Of a stretch of DNA of 64,000 nt, positions 53,225 through 64,000 are shown piece by piece. Positions within the stretch are counted from its first letter, which is position 1. The number at the start of each line of letters is the position of its first letter. The stretch lies in NCBI GenBank assembly GCA_028023455.1, contig JAQFVV010000003.1:14136001-14200000 (forward strand). The letters run 5' to 3'. The position numbers and the translations under genes were made by a program. A model generated the notes under the pieces. It was not told the origin of the DNA, searched no databases, and saw only the letters and a program-made list of their open reading frames with translations. The DNA comes from Epiperipatus broadwayi (taxonomy: Eukaryota; Animalia; Onychophora).

Positions 53225-53459
53225 TTGGTGTGTTGAAATATGTTATTTTTCTTCAGACTTGAATAAAAAGAAAAGAACTCAAAGGTAGAATTCTTTCTGA
53301 TGAACAAAAATATTATGCTAATAATAATCCCGGTTTGTTTTCCTGCTCAATTTGGTATAGGTGTATAGTGGGAAGACTGGAGCTCAAGATCCCTGCCCAG
53401 TCAGCCATTTCCAGTGCTTAAATTTTTTATGAATTCCTGAACAATAAATCATTGATTTA

Positions 53460-54110
53460 ATTTTATTGATTCAGATATTAAATTAACTTGGAATATCTAG
53501 TAATTATTAATACCCTACGCTAATTAGATTCTCAGTTATTAACAATATTGGAATGGATTGGCAATCAGCCTATCAAGAATTGCTTAAAAAATTTTATCTG
53601 AAATTTAATTTCATGGGTACAGGTGGTAAGCATAATTAGATGGATGCTATATTCACTAAATTGTTCAAAAGTAGAATGACTAGACAATAGAATACCATAA
53701 TCTAGTGAAAATATTTTAAATTCATTGGTGATAAACAAAATTTTTATTTTGGCATCTCAATATTAAAGCCATGTTATAAGTGTTAATGAGTTTTTACATC
53801 ATGTTTAGAACTTGCTATTTCTGACAATACCTTATGGTTAACATTTATGAATAAGCACCTTCCATTATTGTCTCTTGATAGTTTAGTTTCTGATTCAGCT
53901 AAACTTTTTTCTGATAGACATAAACAAAAAAAAAAATTATGCCAGAAATACCTACCCCACATACATTGAGCATTTCTGTGTTAAAGAATTTTGACCGAGT
54001 TTTCTAATTTCTTTTTAAATTTTTTTTTTTAAAACATTTTGGTTAATAGTGCTTTTCTCAGCTGAACTCTACCACATTGCAACTATTTTAGACCAGTATC
54101 TCTTTAATGT
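53460..54110 (-). mobile_element. Very decayed CR1/L2-like RT C-terminal fragment
   Basis: Weak minus-strand matches to the W...FNAEK, YLGVxI and LEYASxxW motifs, in the expected order. Confidence 0.35.
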
Positions 54111-54301
54111 ACATACACTACACTTTAACATTTATTTTTCTAGTGAAGTAGAGATATTAACTGCCTGAATTTTTAATTACACTACTTTTTCCCAAGCTAG
54201 GGACTGATTCCTTGTGGAAGGATGAACAAAGTGAACAAACATTGTACTATAAATATATATTATTCATGAAATGCATATTTGGTGAGAAAGAGGAATCTGT
54301 T

Positions 54302-55232
54302 ATTAAAACAGGCAAAACTCTCTATACATATTACCACTCAGTGCAAGCCAGAGTAATCAATGGATGCCAGAAGGCTTGTGCATAAAATCCCCATCTAGTG
54401 CCTACTCATCCAATATTCCCAAACTAGTTTCTGGCTTATGGTCTTCATCAGTGAGAAACGTTGGATCTGTGAGCATTGCACCTGGATCTTAGAATCTAAT
54501 GCAATCCTCCAGCAGCCATCTTTGATCCATACTTAACTACAAAACTATGAGTCTTAAATTGAAAAACCATAATATTTTCAATCCAAGCTCATTAGCTTAT
54601 ATTGTCATATATGTCTGAACTCAGTTCAGTACCTATACATTTTGGTATTTTCAATTCTTTAATAACCATAGCCACCACTATCCTATTAGGCAGGATTGGT
54701 TTTCAGCCAATAAACATCACGTGATCCCCATTTTTTATGTTTGCTCATAACTGTTATTAAAACAGACCACTCAGTGCAAGCCAGAGTAATCAATCCTGCC
54801 TAATAGGATAGTGGTGGATATGGTTATTAAAGAACCAAAGACACCAAAATGTATAGGTACTGAACTGAGTTCAGATCTATATGATTATATAAGCTAACGA
54901 GCTTGGATTGAAAATATGTTGTTTTCAATTTAAAACTCGTAATTTTGGAGTCAAATAGAGATAAAAGGTGGCTGCTGGAGGGTTGCATTAGATCCTAAGA
55001 TCTAGGTGCAGTGCTCTCAGATCCAAGGCTTCTCATTGATAAAAGCCACAAGCCAGAAACTAGTCTAGGGATATTGGATGAGTAGGCATTAGATGGGGAT
55101 TTTATGCACAAGCCTTCTAGCATCCATTGATTACTCTGGCTTGCATTGAGTGGTAATATGTATAGAGAGTTTTGCCTGTTTTAATAACAGTTATGAGCAA
55201 GTGTAAGACATGGTGATCATGTGATGGTTATT
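54302..55232. mobile_element. Family A element: full antisense unit, start of the next tandem antisense unit, and a full sense unit
   Basis: Antisense 54302-54693, junction attggttttcagccaataaacatc, sense unit from cctgcctaatagg (54795) to the tail; hammerheads at 54422-54451 (-) and 55036-55065 (+). Confidence 0.9.
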
Positions 55233-55955
55233 AGTTTAAAGAGGAATCTGACTTTTTTATGATAGTGGATGGTTACTGAGTTAAGACGAGAGCAGCACTG
55301 ATAAAAACCCAAAATATTTGAAAATTCTGCCTTGTTTAATTATTTATATGGGTGTGGATAGGATTTCTATAAGATGGAGCAGATCAATAGCTTTTAATTA
55401 GAAGTTGTAATTTCAATTGTAAATTACACACATGAAATGTATATTGCCAAAGCATTGAATTAAGTTATAAAGGCACAAATCTACATCTTGTATTTCACAA
55501 CTGACACCCAGTGAGTTATTCATGTAAAGCTATGTCAATGACACTATGTGTATTCATGCTTATTAACTGATAATCACCAACATTAAAAAAAAAAAGATCA
55601 ATTAACTGATACTTGAAAGTTCACATGAATTTTGAGCATTGAAAGTGACAATTGAGCTTTGATCTGTGGATCCTAAGGTCTTGAATCTGTTACTTTGCCA
55701 CTGTGCAAAACTTCCACCATTTGCAAAAACTGTGTTGTATTATAATCATATTTTTGGTTTATATTAGATATCTAATTAATTTATAATGCCTTGGCACATT
55801 ATCCTTTAGCTGATCTAATAATTTGATATTTGTTTAGTGACCAATAATTTGATTGATTAGCTGATAACCTTACAACAATGATCCTAGGATTAGAAATTTT
55901 GAGGTATTTGAAAAATATGTCAACTTTCCCCGATTCAAAAGTGATCATAAGGGAA

Positions 55956-56155
55956 GTACTGAATTTTTTGTATTGATGTCTTCTGGACAATTATCATTCT
56001 GCCTGTTTTTATAATCATTTATAGAATCTTAAAATGTATTTCTTCTTGTGTATTTGTACTGAATTTCTGTGTTAATGTCTTCTGGACAATGATCACCCTG
56101 TCTGTTTTTATAATCATTTATAGAATCTTAAAATGTATTTTTTCTTGGGTATTTA
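55956..56155 (+). repeat. 2 x 100-bp direct tandem duplication
   Basis: gtactgaattt...tgtcttctggacaat...gaatcttaaaatgtattt repeated at 55956 and 56056. Confidence 0.9.
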
Positions 56156-56259
56156 TTTTATAATATTATTTCTTCATCAAACACTTTTAATTAGAGGGGA
56201 AAATTGTAAGAAACTACAATAATAAATGGTATCATACAATAAGAATGAATATTTAATAG

Positions 56260-56450
56260 AATATATATAGAGCTCACAAAACAAGCTCCTAACAAGCTTT
56301 GTAGAATATCCCCAACCTCAACCTGGTTTCTGCTACTGGCGTCTGAGGTTGGGGATATTCTACAAAGCTTGTTAAGAGCTCTCTATATAACAATTGTAAA
56401 TACAAGCTTATTAAATTAGGTCATGTGACATCTGACTTGATTTTTTTTTT
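56260..56450. mobile_element. Short family B fold-back
   Basis: Antisense arm 56260-56342 (no tail) and sense arm 56343-56450 (tail ggtcatgtgacatctgacttga); the switch falls at the GTC/TGAGG ribozyme cleavage position. Confidence 0.85.
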
Positions 56451-57561
56451 TTGTAATTAATAGAATATTATATAAAAAGATTTATAGTATATGAATTTTT
56501 TTTGATTACTTGGAATGTTGTATAGCAACCTGTATTCATCTCTATATAAGGGGTTTCATTGTTTATGTAAATTTGAATTTATTAAAGGAGTGATAAACTC
56601 ATCAGTATTGAAGTCTTCATGCTGTTTCTGTATTTCCTATTTTCTTCAGTCACAAAATTTTAAATTGTAAGTTTAAAAATAGTGGTCTGCAAAAAAACAT
56701 TTTTATATCATATTGGTCATGATTTTGCAGTTTTTACTTTTAAAAGTAAACAATTTATATATATTTTTCACATTAATTCGTACTATATTTTATAAATTAT
56801 TTGCTTTTTTTAAAAATCTCAATGAGTTTTTTTAAACAAACGATTGTATTAACTTCTTCCACAATAGGTACTGCATATAAAAAAAAAAATCTTAAGACAA
56901 TCTTTTGTTTAATAATGATTTATTTGTCAAATCACTAGCTCATAGCTAATTCACTTAATTAGCTAACATTGGTTAGTAAATGATTAAATAAATATTCTTA
57001 ACTACAGGAATAAATGAGGATAGAAAACTGAAAAACCTCATATCTTGCATTTGGCACATCTAGGAAGTACTAGCCGTTTCTCTATGAGAGACTGTTGGAA
57101 ATGCCTTGCCCGGCAATGGGCTTTTTCAATATTGTATTACCAGTTTTTTATTTATATATATGTGAAATTTTTTCTTCAAAGGTATATTTAAAGTTATGAA
57201 GAGATAAACATTTGTTCATCATTAATGGTAATTTGCCACTTCTTGACAGCCTCATATACAGTAATTTATTTCAGCACCTCAATTTTAGAGATAAATCATA
57301 CATTTTAATAAGCTTTGCATTATAAGATTTTGCTCAGTATTAAACCATACTTCATAGAGAAAAATGACTAAAGGAACAACATATATGTGATTGTATTTAT
57401 AAATTATGGGCTTATTTATATTGTATCACAAAATTCATATTTAATGGTTTTTTTTTTTTTGTTTATTTTTGTTTTCCAAATTCATTTATGCATAGCTGCT
57501 AATATATGTAAATGAATGGATAAGAAGGAAAAGAATATCATTAATGTTATCTTCATAATAT

Positions 57562-60266
57562 TGTAATGGGATGGAGTCATAGGAAGTGGTGGCAAAAAGG
57601 AGGTTGATCATTATTGGCCCTCAGTTAGATAACCATTTGTAATAGGATGGGGGAATCTAAAAAGGGTTGAACTGAGTGATGGAAAATCATCATCACCCCC
57701 AGTCAATTCAAAGTGAAATATCAATAATTTATAAAAGTAAATATAAATAAGATACATTTAAGAGGAGCATGAGATCGAGAGAACTCAGAGATCATTGAGA
57801 AATCAGAAGAGCAACTACAAGCATAATTAACCATCAATCAGCATTATAATTATATAAGTACTCACTCAAAAGAAATAATCACTCATCATCATGAATGATC
57901 CACAATAAAATATAATAAAATCAACAGTCCATCTTGTGGCTGGATTTGATTAATAAAAAATATAAATCAACAGTCAACCTTGTGACTGGATTGGAAATGG
58001 GTCTTCTGTAGACCAGGCTAACTATTGAGCCTTTGCCAGCTTGGGCAATAATTTAAACTTAACTTGAATGCACCAGTTAAGTACTAATCCATTAGAATAC
58101 ATAACCAGAAAATCTAAACAATAATGCTGGGATCATCATCAATGCTCTGGCCATTTAAATATTATTAATGTATTGGCCAACTATAAATTTAAATTTTTAA
58201 TAAGACTAAACTAAAATTAAAGGTAGTGCATAGGTTTTAAGAAGTATTCTCTTTTGTGCCAACCAGGATGATTATTGATTATCTCTGGATGCCTAAAAGC
58301 ACCATTATACATCCCCATTTATATATTCATCCCATGCTCAAATCTAGCTCGGAGAATATAAGCTCTATTATTGTATGTGACCAAGAAATGATGCAATACA
58401 ATTTTTAATAGTTGATACAAGTTTATTAATAATAAAAAAAATAAATTGAAATGGTCTATAAAAATAAGATTACATACATATAAGCTTTCTGATTTTGATT
58501 ACTATACAAAATTTCAAATGATCACATTGCGATTTACATAATTACTATTCAAAATTCAAATTGTTGCACTGATTTACATATAATGCTGATTTACATATAT
58601 GTGCACACAGATGCGCGATTTCTATTGATATTCAATAGACAAAAAATGATTAAATTTTACATATGTGTCCTATTTTAATTTATTACAATATTATATTTTC
58701 CTAATTAATTCCATTTGGAAAACATACATAAATTTCACACATACTTTTGTATAAACAAAACAGATATAATTTAAAATTAGTTATCAGTTTATAAGTTCTC
58801 TTTTTTTTTCTTTTCAAACTAGAGTCAATTTTTGTTTGAAGGTACTTGTTGATTAATTAATTATCAAGGTCTCTAAATATAAAATCTCTCTCTTTTTTTT
58901 CTTTTAATAAAGGAAAAAATAAAATCGTTTTATATATCTGTCACTTCAGACCCAAGAAATCATTTAAAATTTCGTTATTATATATAAAAGCTGTTATATT
59001 TCAACTCAAGCAAAAGTTACTTGTTTTACTTTAAGTCACTAAGTTAAAATGTCTTTTTTTAAGGAATATTACAAAAATACAACTCACTGTTATATACGTT
59101 TATCTCTGCTTCTCTGGATACAGGCACAGCAGCATAAGCGTAACTACTATTTCATCAACTGACGGTTTTTCTTTTGATGGGGACCAGTTCAGGAAAGTCA
59201 TAATCAGGAAGTTATAATCAGTTAAACCTTGGCATTGAATGGGTTTCTTTCTGTCTAAGATTTAATAAATTTTATGCAAGCTGTCTTGGATTGGGCTTAA
59301 GGTAAGCTAGCTGTCTCGGTTTGATAGATTTCAGGCAAGCACCTGTCCTCTCCACATTTAAGACTATGAATTTCAACCCAAAGAAGTTGGTCATTTTCCT
59401 CCATGTGAATTCAAACTCCTGTGAAGGAAAATAGTAGCAGCTCCTGGATCTACTGTCCTGCCTTCCTGGTAGCTATTCTGCCAACTCTGACTCTGGAAAA
59501 CCATCTTCAGCAGTACTGCAAACTACAGCAAAACTTCTAGCCAACTGCTCCTCAAAAATTTAAACCAAAATTTGCAGTTAGCTTTTAGTTAACTGCTTCA
59601 CACATAAAAAAGATAACTTGTCATAAAAAAATTATTATGACAAACTTTGCAGCTGGCCAATTTGGCCACCTGCTCAAAAAAAAAAAGACTTCTGGTCAGC
59701 TCTTAGAAAGGTACAAATGACATCTATTTTTTTTATCAGTCTTTTTATAATCTTGGTTGGGTCAGGTGATAAAAACATAGTGTCTGTTTTCAATCTGTCT
59801 GATCATTTTGAAAACAAGCTTGAAATTTTTATCAAAGTATGTTTAGAAAAACTTGATTTCTAACTTTAATCCTTTGGAATTTGACCAAAGGTGCTTCTAC
59901 ATACATGTTTTTACTCTTTTCAGATCACTTTGAATTAAAAGCTACATTTTGGAATTTTTATCAGTTTAATTAATGAAAAAGATTTTAAAATAGCTAATAG
60001 AAATTTTTACATAGATAATGTATGCAAGCTTGTTTTTAAATTCAAAATCAGAATTATAATATTTATTAGAGCTTTTAAAATATTTATTTCCTAATAAAAT
60101 TTATTTTAAGTTGAAAGTTATTTAACTCTTTACTTATTATTATTCCAGGAAATGTAGAAAAATATCTACAAAAATTTGTTTGTGTTTATTTCTACTTTTC
60201 TTTACTTTATATATACATATATGCATATACACTATTATTGTGTTCTATGTAATCCAACTGGTTACA
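57562..60266 (-). mobile_element. 2.7-kb solo-LTR-like element, copy 2 (inverted relative to 6256-8857)
   Basis: Same termini (TGTAAC...TTACA on - strand); flanks ATAT / ATTT; colinear with copy 1. Confidence 0.7.
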
Positions 60267-61300
60267 ATTTAAATGATATACACATATCAAAAGCAGAAAT
60301 ATAATGTGTTAAAAAGATTTTGAATTTTTAGAAAATAAATTGATTGAAGTGCATTTGATGTAGATACAAGGAAAGAAATAATAGTATTATCAGGCCTGCC
60401 TTTGAGAGAAATGGTAAGTATTGGGAATAGTATCCAGATTTAGTAACAGTATTAGTAGGATGAAAATGATCTCTAAAGAGATTAGTAGCTGTAGTGAAGA
60501 AGAATGTTTAGGAGGAGGTTAGGATTAAAATACTATTAACAAACATGGTGTTAAGAATTACAGCAATATAATTATTTATCATGCTATTGAGAAAAGAAAT
60601 TGTGCAAAGAGAGGCAGTGAAAATAGAATTTTGGATAGGTGGCTTATTTTTAAGGAAATGGAGGATTTATTGGAGTTTTATTTTAATAATAGTAGAAATA
60701 CATTCAAGAGCACAACTCATTATTTTTGGGAGGTAGAGATAATGGATATGAAATTGGTATTAAAGCATACATTCACAATGTTATTTAGTTTTATTGGGCT
60801 CAAATAATTGGATGCTTATATTGTTACAAAGATAAAGATAAATCATGAGCTTGGTGCCAAAGGATCAGTGTGCATTGTCACTTCTACTAACCCAGATTAA
60901 CTTGTAACCTTCACATTCTAATCAGCAAATTTTAAATGGTTAGCTGATTTGACTATTGTGGGCTGGCTTCTTGAAAGAAAAATCTTAATACTGTTTCTGA
61001 TGTAAAAAAAAATTAGGTTTTTCCTATCTGAATTTTAATCGAAATAGTGAGGAATGCTTTAACCATTATGTTAGGAAACTATTGGCATATTTATACATGT
61101 GAAAGTGATCAAGTTAAGAAATGGAATTAGAAAATATTTTGTTTTGAAAAAATTGTTTTAAAATTTATGAACAGTGAAATATATTGATAAAAGGAGTTTA
61201 AAATGAATATCTGTAGCTAATTGAGGACAAGGTGCTAATGAATGGTATATTACTGACGAATTTTTATAATGATATAGGATTGAAGGATAGGAAACATTAA

Positions 61301-61695
61301 GACAGTTTCACAATAATATTACATTGCCCAGAATATATATATATATGCTTTGCGCACAGATAATAAAGCTGATAACAGTAAATAAAATAAATAATATACA
61401 ATTATTAAAGCTCAGCACTTTTGGGAGGATTCATAGCTACTAGAATTTTGTTAAGAACTATACCAATGTTAATGCAGATGTATTGAAATTAATGTAAAGT
61501 GGCTACAGAGACCATTTTCGAGAAAGAGAAAAACAGACCCCTTCTATGGATTGATGTAGGATCACAAGCTATGTAGCATGCTTCCCTGACCTTGTGTTTG
61601 ATGTCATTTCTCTCAGAGCAGATAACACTGGCAGTTGTTGGTTGGAAACTATGGCCAGTGGCTCTTTTGTATTCAGCAAAGATTATGTTTTTCAT
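61301..61695 (-). mobile_element. Penelope-like element 3' remnant: GIY-YIG endonuclease C-terminus plus a decayed hammerhead
   Basis: ORF 61489-61695 AEYKRATGHSF..ASVICSERNDIKHKVREACYI...SIHRRG matches the PLE pattern AEH...GHxF...xxExN..KRKxREAxYI...xNRxxG; ~160-190 nt downstream CTGGG CAAT-loop-ATTG T GAAAC T GTC (61301-61331). Confidence 0.7.
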
Positions 61696-63710
61696 TGATA
61701 GAAAGATTGATAAGATTTAAAAGCTAAAAATTTTTAATGCTGAAGAAAGTTATGCTATAGTTAATATAACTTTGTATTGGGGGCTGAAGGTAATAAGAGA
61801 CAATATGAAAAGGTAAGAGAAATTGAAGAATAGTAGATAATTGAAAACAATTCAAAGATAAAATTTGAAAATTGGAAAGAGAATTCAGGAAGAGTGTCAT
61901 TTATATGAAAGAGGTATGAAAAATGATGACTAATAAGTTTTATTAAAAAATGTGCTAAGAAAAAAAAATTGAAGGAATTTATAATGTAAAAATATTAAAA
62001 TATGTTAGATGAGTAAATGAAGATTATTCAATGAAATAAAAACTTGCTAGAGAGAAAGTAGCTTGAGAATAGATTGAAGATAAATTATAAGTTGGGGAAG
62101 GACATGAAATGGACTGGTAGGTAGATACTTTCCAAGTTCGGAGAAAATATCAGGTTTAAAGGAGCTGAAGATAGTGTTTGGGTTATTAAGATGATTAAAA
62201 GAATCCTCATGATGTAGAATATTTATAAATGATGGTACAATTTTCAAATTTTTATTTAAGGTTGACACAAATTTCAACATTTTATTTTGTGAATCTAATA
62301 TTCTTGACAAGAGTAATTATGCACTTCACAAAGTGAACAATATTTTTTAAAAGTAATGGTTATCTTAGTTTTAGATTTAAATTCTAGAAGTGATTTGGAT
62401 TTTTAACTATATCAAGTGTTACTAACAGTAGTGATGTTTTGTTGGTTTTATATCTAATATTGTAATAGTAAATGTGATGTATGTGTGGTAGATATCAAGA
62501 TAAAATGGCAATTTAATTATTCGGTATAAGACAAAGATCTCTCATAGAAGAACAATGAACAAAGCATTAATTATTATAATTGCCTGTTAGTGAGCATTTA
62601 AACATATCTCCATCCTTGTATTATTCTCTAGCTAAGAATAGCTAAATATCCCTTTACAGACCCATATTGGATGTTTAATTGATTTGGCAGTGAACTCCTA
62701 CCTGAAAGAAAAATTCTACACTTTTATAAATTTCATGTAGCTGGAATTCAAATTCAGGTTGTGGGCGTAATAGGAAGATACCCTAAAATTTCACCAAGAG
62801 ATTTTGGTAAAGGTTCATATATTTTGGTTTTCAGTCTGAAGGCAAATATCTCAAAATCTATGTCTAAAGATGGAATTAAGCAGTTTTTAGATATTGATGG
62901 AACTATTAGTTAATAGGATAATATGACCAAATATTGCAGTTTATCAATTTTCCAGTTAATTTTAAAATTTAAATATTTAACTCTATTGCTTAATATGAAG
63001 AAACTTATTACCGAGTAAAATTATGCATAAAACTCATGTAGGCACGCAAGCCCCCACATATTGCGAATTACAAATTCATTGCTCTCATTCGCGAAATCAG
63101 TGTCAAAAATATAGATTTAATCACTTGAAATTATCTTCAGAATCTTTTTGCTATTTTTTTTTTTAATTTTATATATAAATATTTTTGCATCGATTATTTC
63201 TCCTCTTTATTACCCCCAACCCATTTTTTTCGGTACACATTTTCTTTCTATAAACAGTTATTGTTTTTAAAGTAATAAAGTAGTTATGTTTTATGAAGAA
63301 TATTTCTGTACTGATTTGAAAGTTAATGCAATAGATAAATATTTTTAAATTTTCAGATTGGTTTTATTTTGTAAAGAATGGGAATGTTTGGAAACACATC
63401 CATAATAAAAGATTTTTATATATTTCAGTGCGCACACTCTTAACTTTAATTAATTTTTTCCTAAATACATAGATGCAGTTTTTTAACAGATTTTTTTTTT
63501 TTTAAAGATGTAAGCTTGAACGGATTTGCTATTCTCATTGTTGCTAGGTGGCAATAATAGAGAAAAAGGGGGGGGGGGGATGTTTATCAGGAATTAAGAT
63601 GAATGAGCCAGAAGGCAGACAGGTTTGGCTTCGGATTAGATCCTCAGCTCTCCAACCAAATAAATTTAATCTTTTGTGTTGGAAAATTATCAAAGCTTGA
63701 ACATTTGCTT

Positions 63711-63800
63711 CTGATTGGTCATTTGACTGGGTGGGTCATCATATTATCGGGAGATGGAGATGCTATAAATAAGACGCTTGTTAGGATTCATCGTGCAGTT
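63711..63800 (+). promoter_or_regulatory. CCAAT / TATA / Inr-like core promoter
   Basis: ATTGG at 63714, TATAAAT at 63764, and Inr-like TTCATC/GCAGTT 26-33 nt downstream. Confidence 0.5.
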
Positions 63801-63822
63801 TTGTTGGGAATGTCACAGTGAA

Positions 63823-63828
63823 ATGAAG
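63823..63828 (+). CDS. Candidate two-codon first coding exon (ATG AAG = MK) of a gene continuing beyond the window
   Basis: aaATGAAG|GTAAGA is a strong donor ~60 nt after the TATA box; typical of small secreted or cuticle protein genes. Confidence 0.45.
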
Positions 63829-64000
63829 GTAAGAAGACAAATGATGGTTTTGATTAGAAAAATATATATACATTTTATATTTTCCCCAAATTCATTATAA
63901 TTGAATGTTATATATTAATGATTGAAATATATAATCGAGATACACTATACATATTTTGATTTTGCATTTAATATAATAACTGGGGTTTAATTTAGATATT

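Noticed and set aside
6256-60266. One giant composite transposon bounded by 2.6-kb TIRs
   Set aside because: The two copies are visibly diverged with many indels, each has its own TSD-like flanks, and the interior holds a host promoter and no transposase or polymerase.
62047-62310. 87-aa ORF as the upstream part of the Penelope ORF
   Set aside because: SRIL resembles the PLE linker, but the spacing to the endonuclease piece is about twice that expected and the remainder is unrecognisable.
63603-63821. 72-aa ORF MSQKADRFG...
   Set aside because: No recognisable domain; it overlaps the CCAAT/TATA promoter that better explains the segment.
1-64000. CRISPR array, rRNA operon or prokaryotic operon structure
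   Set aside because: No regularly spaced short repeats, no rRNA-like sequence and no dense ORFs; the window is intron- and TE-rich eukaryotic DNA.

Overview
Very AT-rich, repeat-dense eukaryotic (probably invertebrate) genomic DNA with no long intact ORF; almost all ORFs in the supplied track are chance ORFs or transposon debris. Host-gene signal is limited. A CpG-rich promoter island (about 28.7-29.3 kb) precedes a + strand exon encoding an AT-hook peptide (MADKEPAASRRKPETEKVKKSRGRPRKSPSK|gtgagt). There are a few candidate small exons, and a TATA-driven first exon (ATG AAG|gtaag) at the far right. The main finding is a dense set of small non-coding elements carrying minimal type I hammerhead-ribozyme motifs (about 20 intact or decayed motifs). 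They fall into two related families (A, about 452-bp unit; B, about 377-bp unit) and a third family (C) that looks like a Penelope pseudo-LTR. Most copies are asymmetric fold-backs in which only one arm carries a terminal tail, some include head-to-tail repeats, and the ribozymes have palindromic helix III (ACTAGT or ACCGGT). Family A has an unusual A.A apposition at the base of helix II. A Penelope GIY-YIG endonuclease fossil (61.5-61.7 kb) points to the likely mobilising machinery. Also present: two oppositely oriented copies of a 2.6-2.7 kb TG...CA solo-LTR-like element, a full-length hAT fossil with 8-bp TSD, a hAT MITE, RTE and CR1/L2 LINE fragments, a tRNA-derived SINE with a hammerhead-like tail, and small tandem duplications. 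All alignments and folds were done by eye, and no ribozyme activity is demonstrated.
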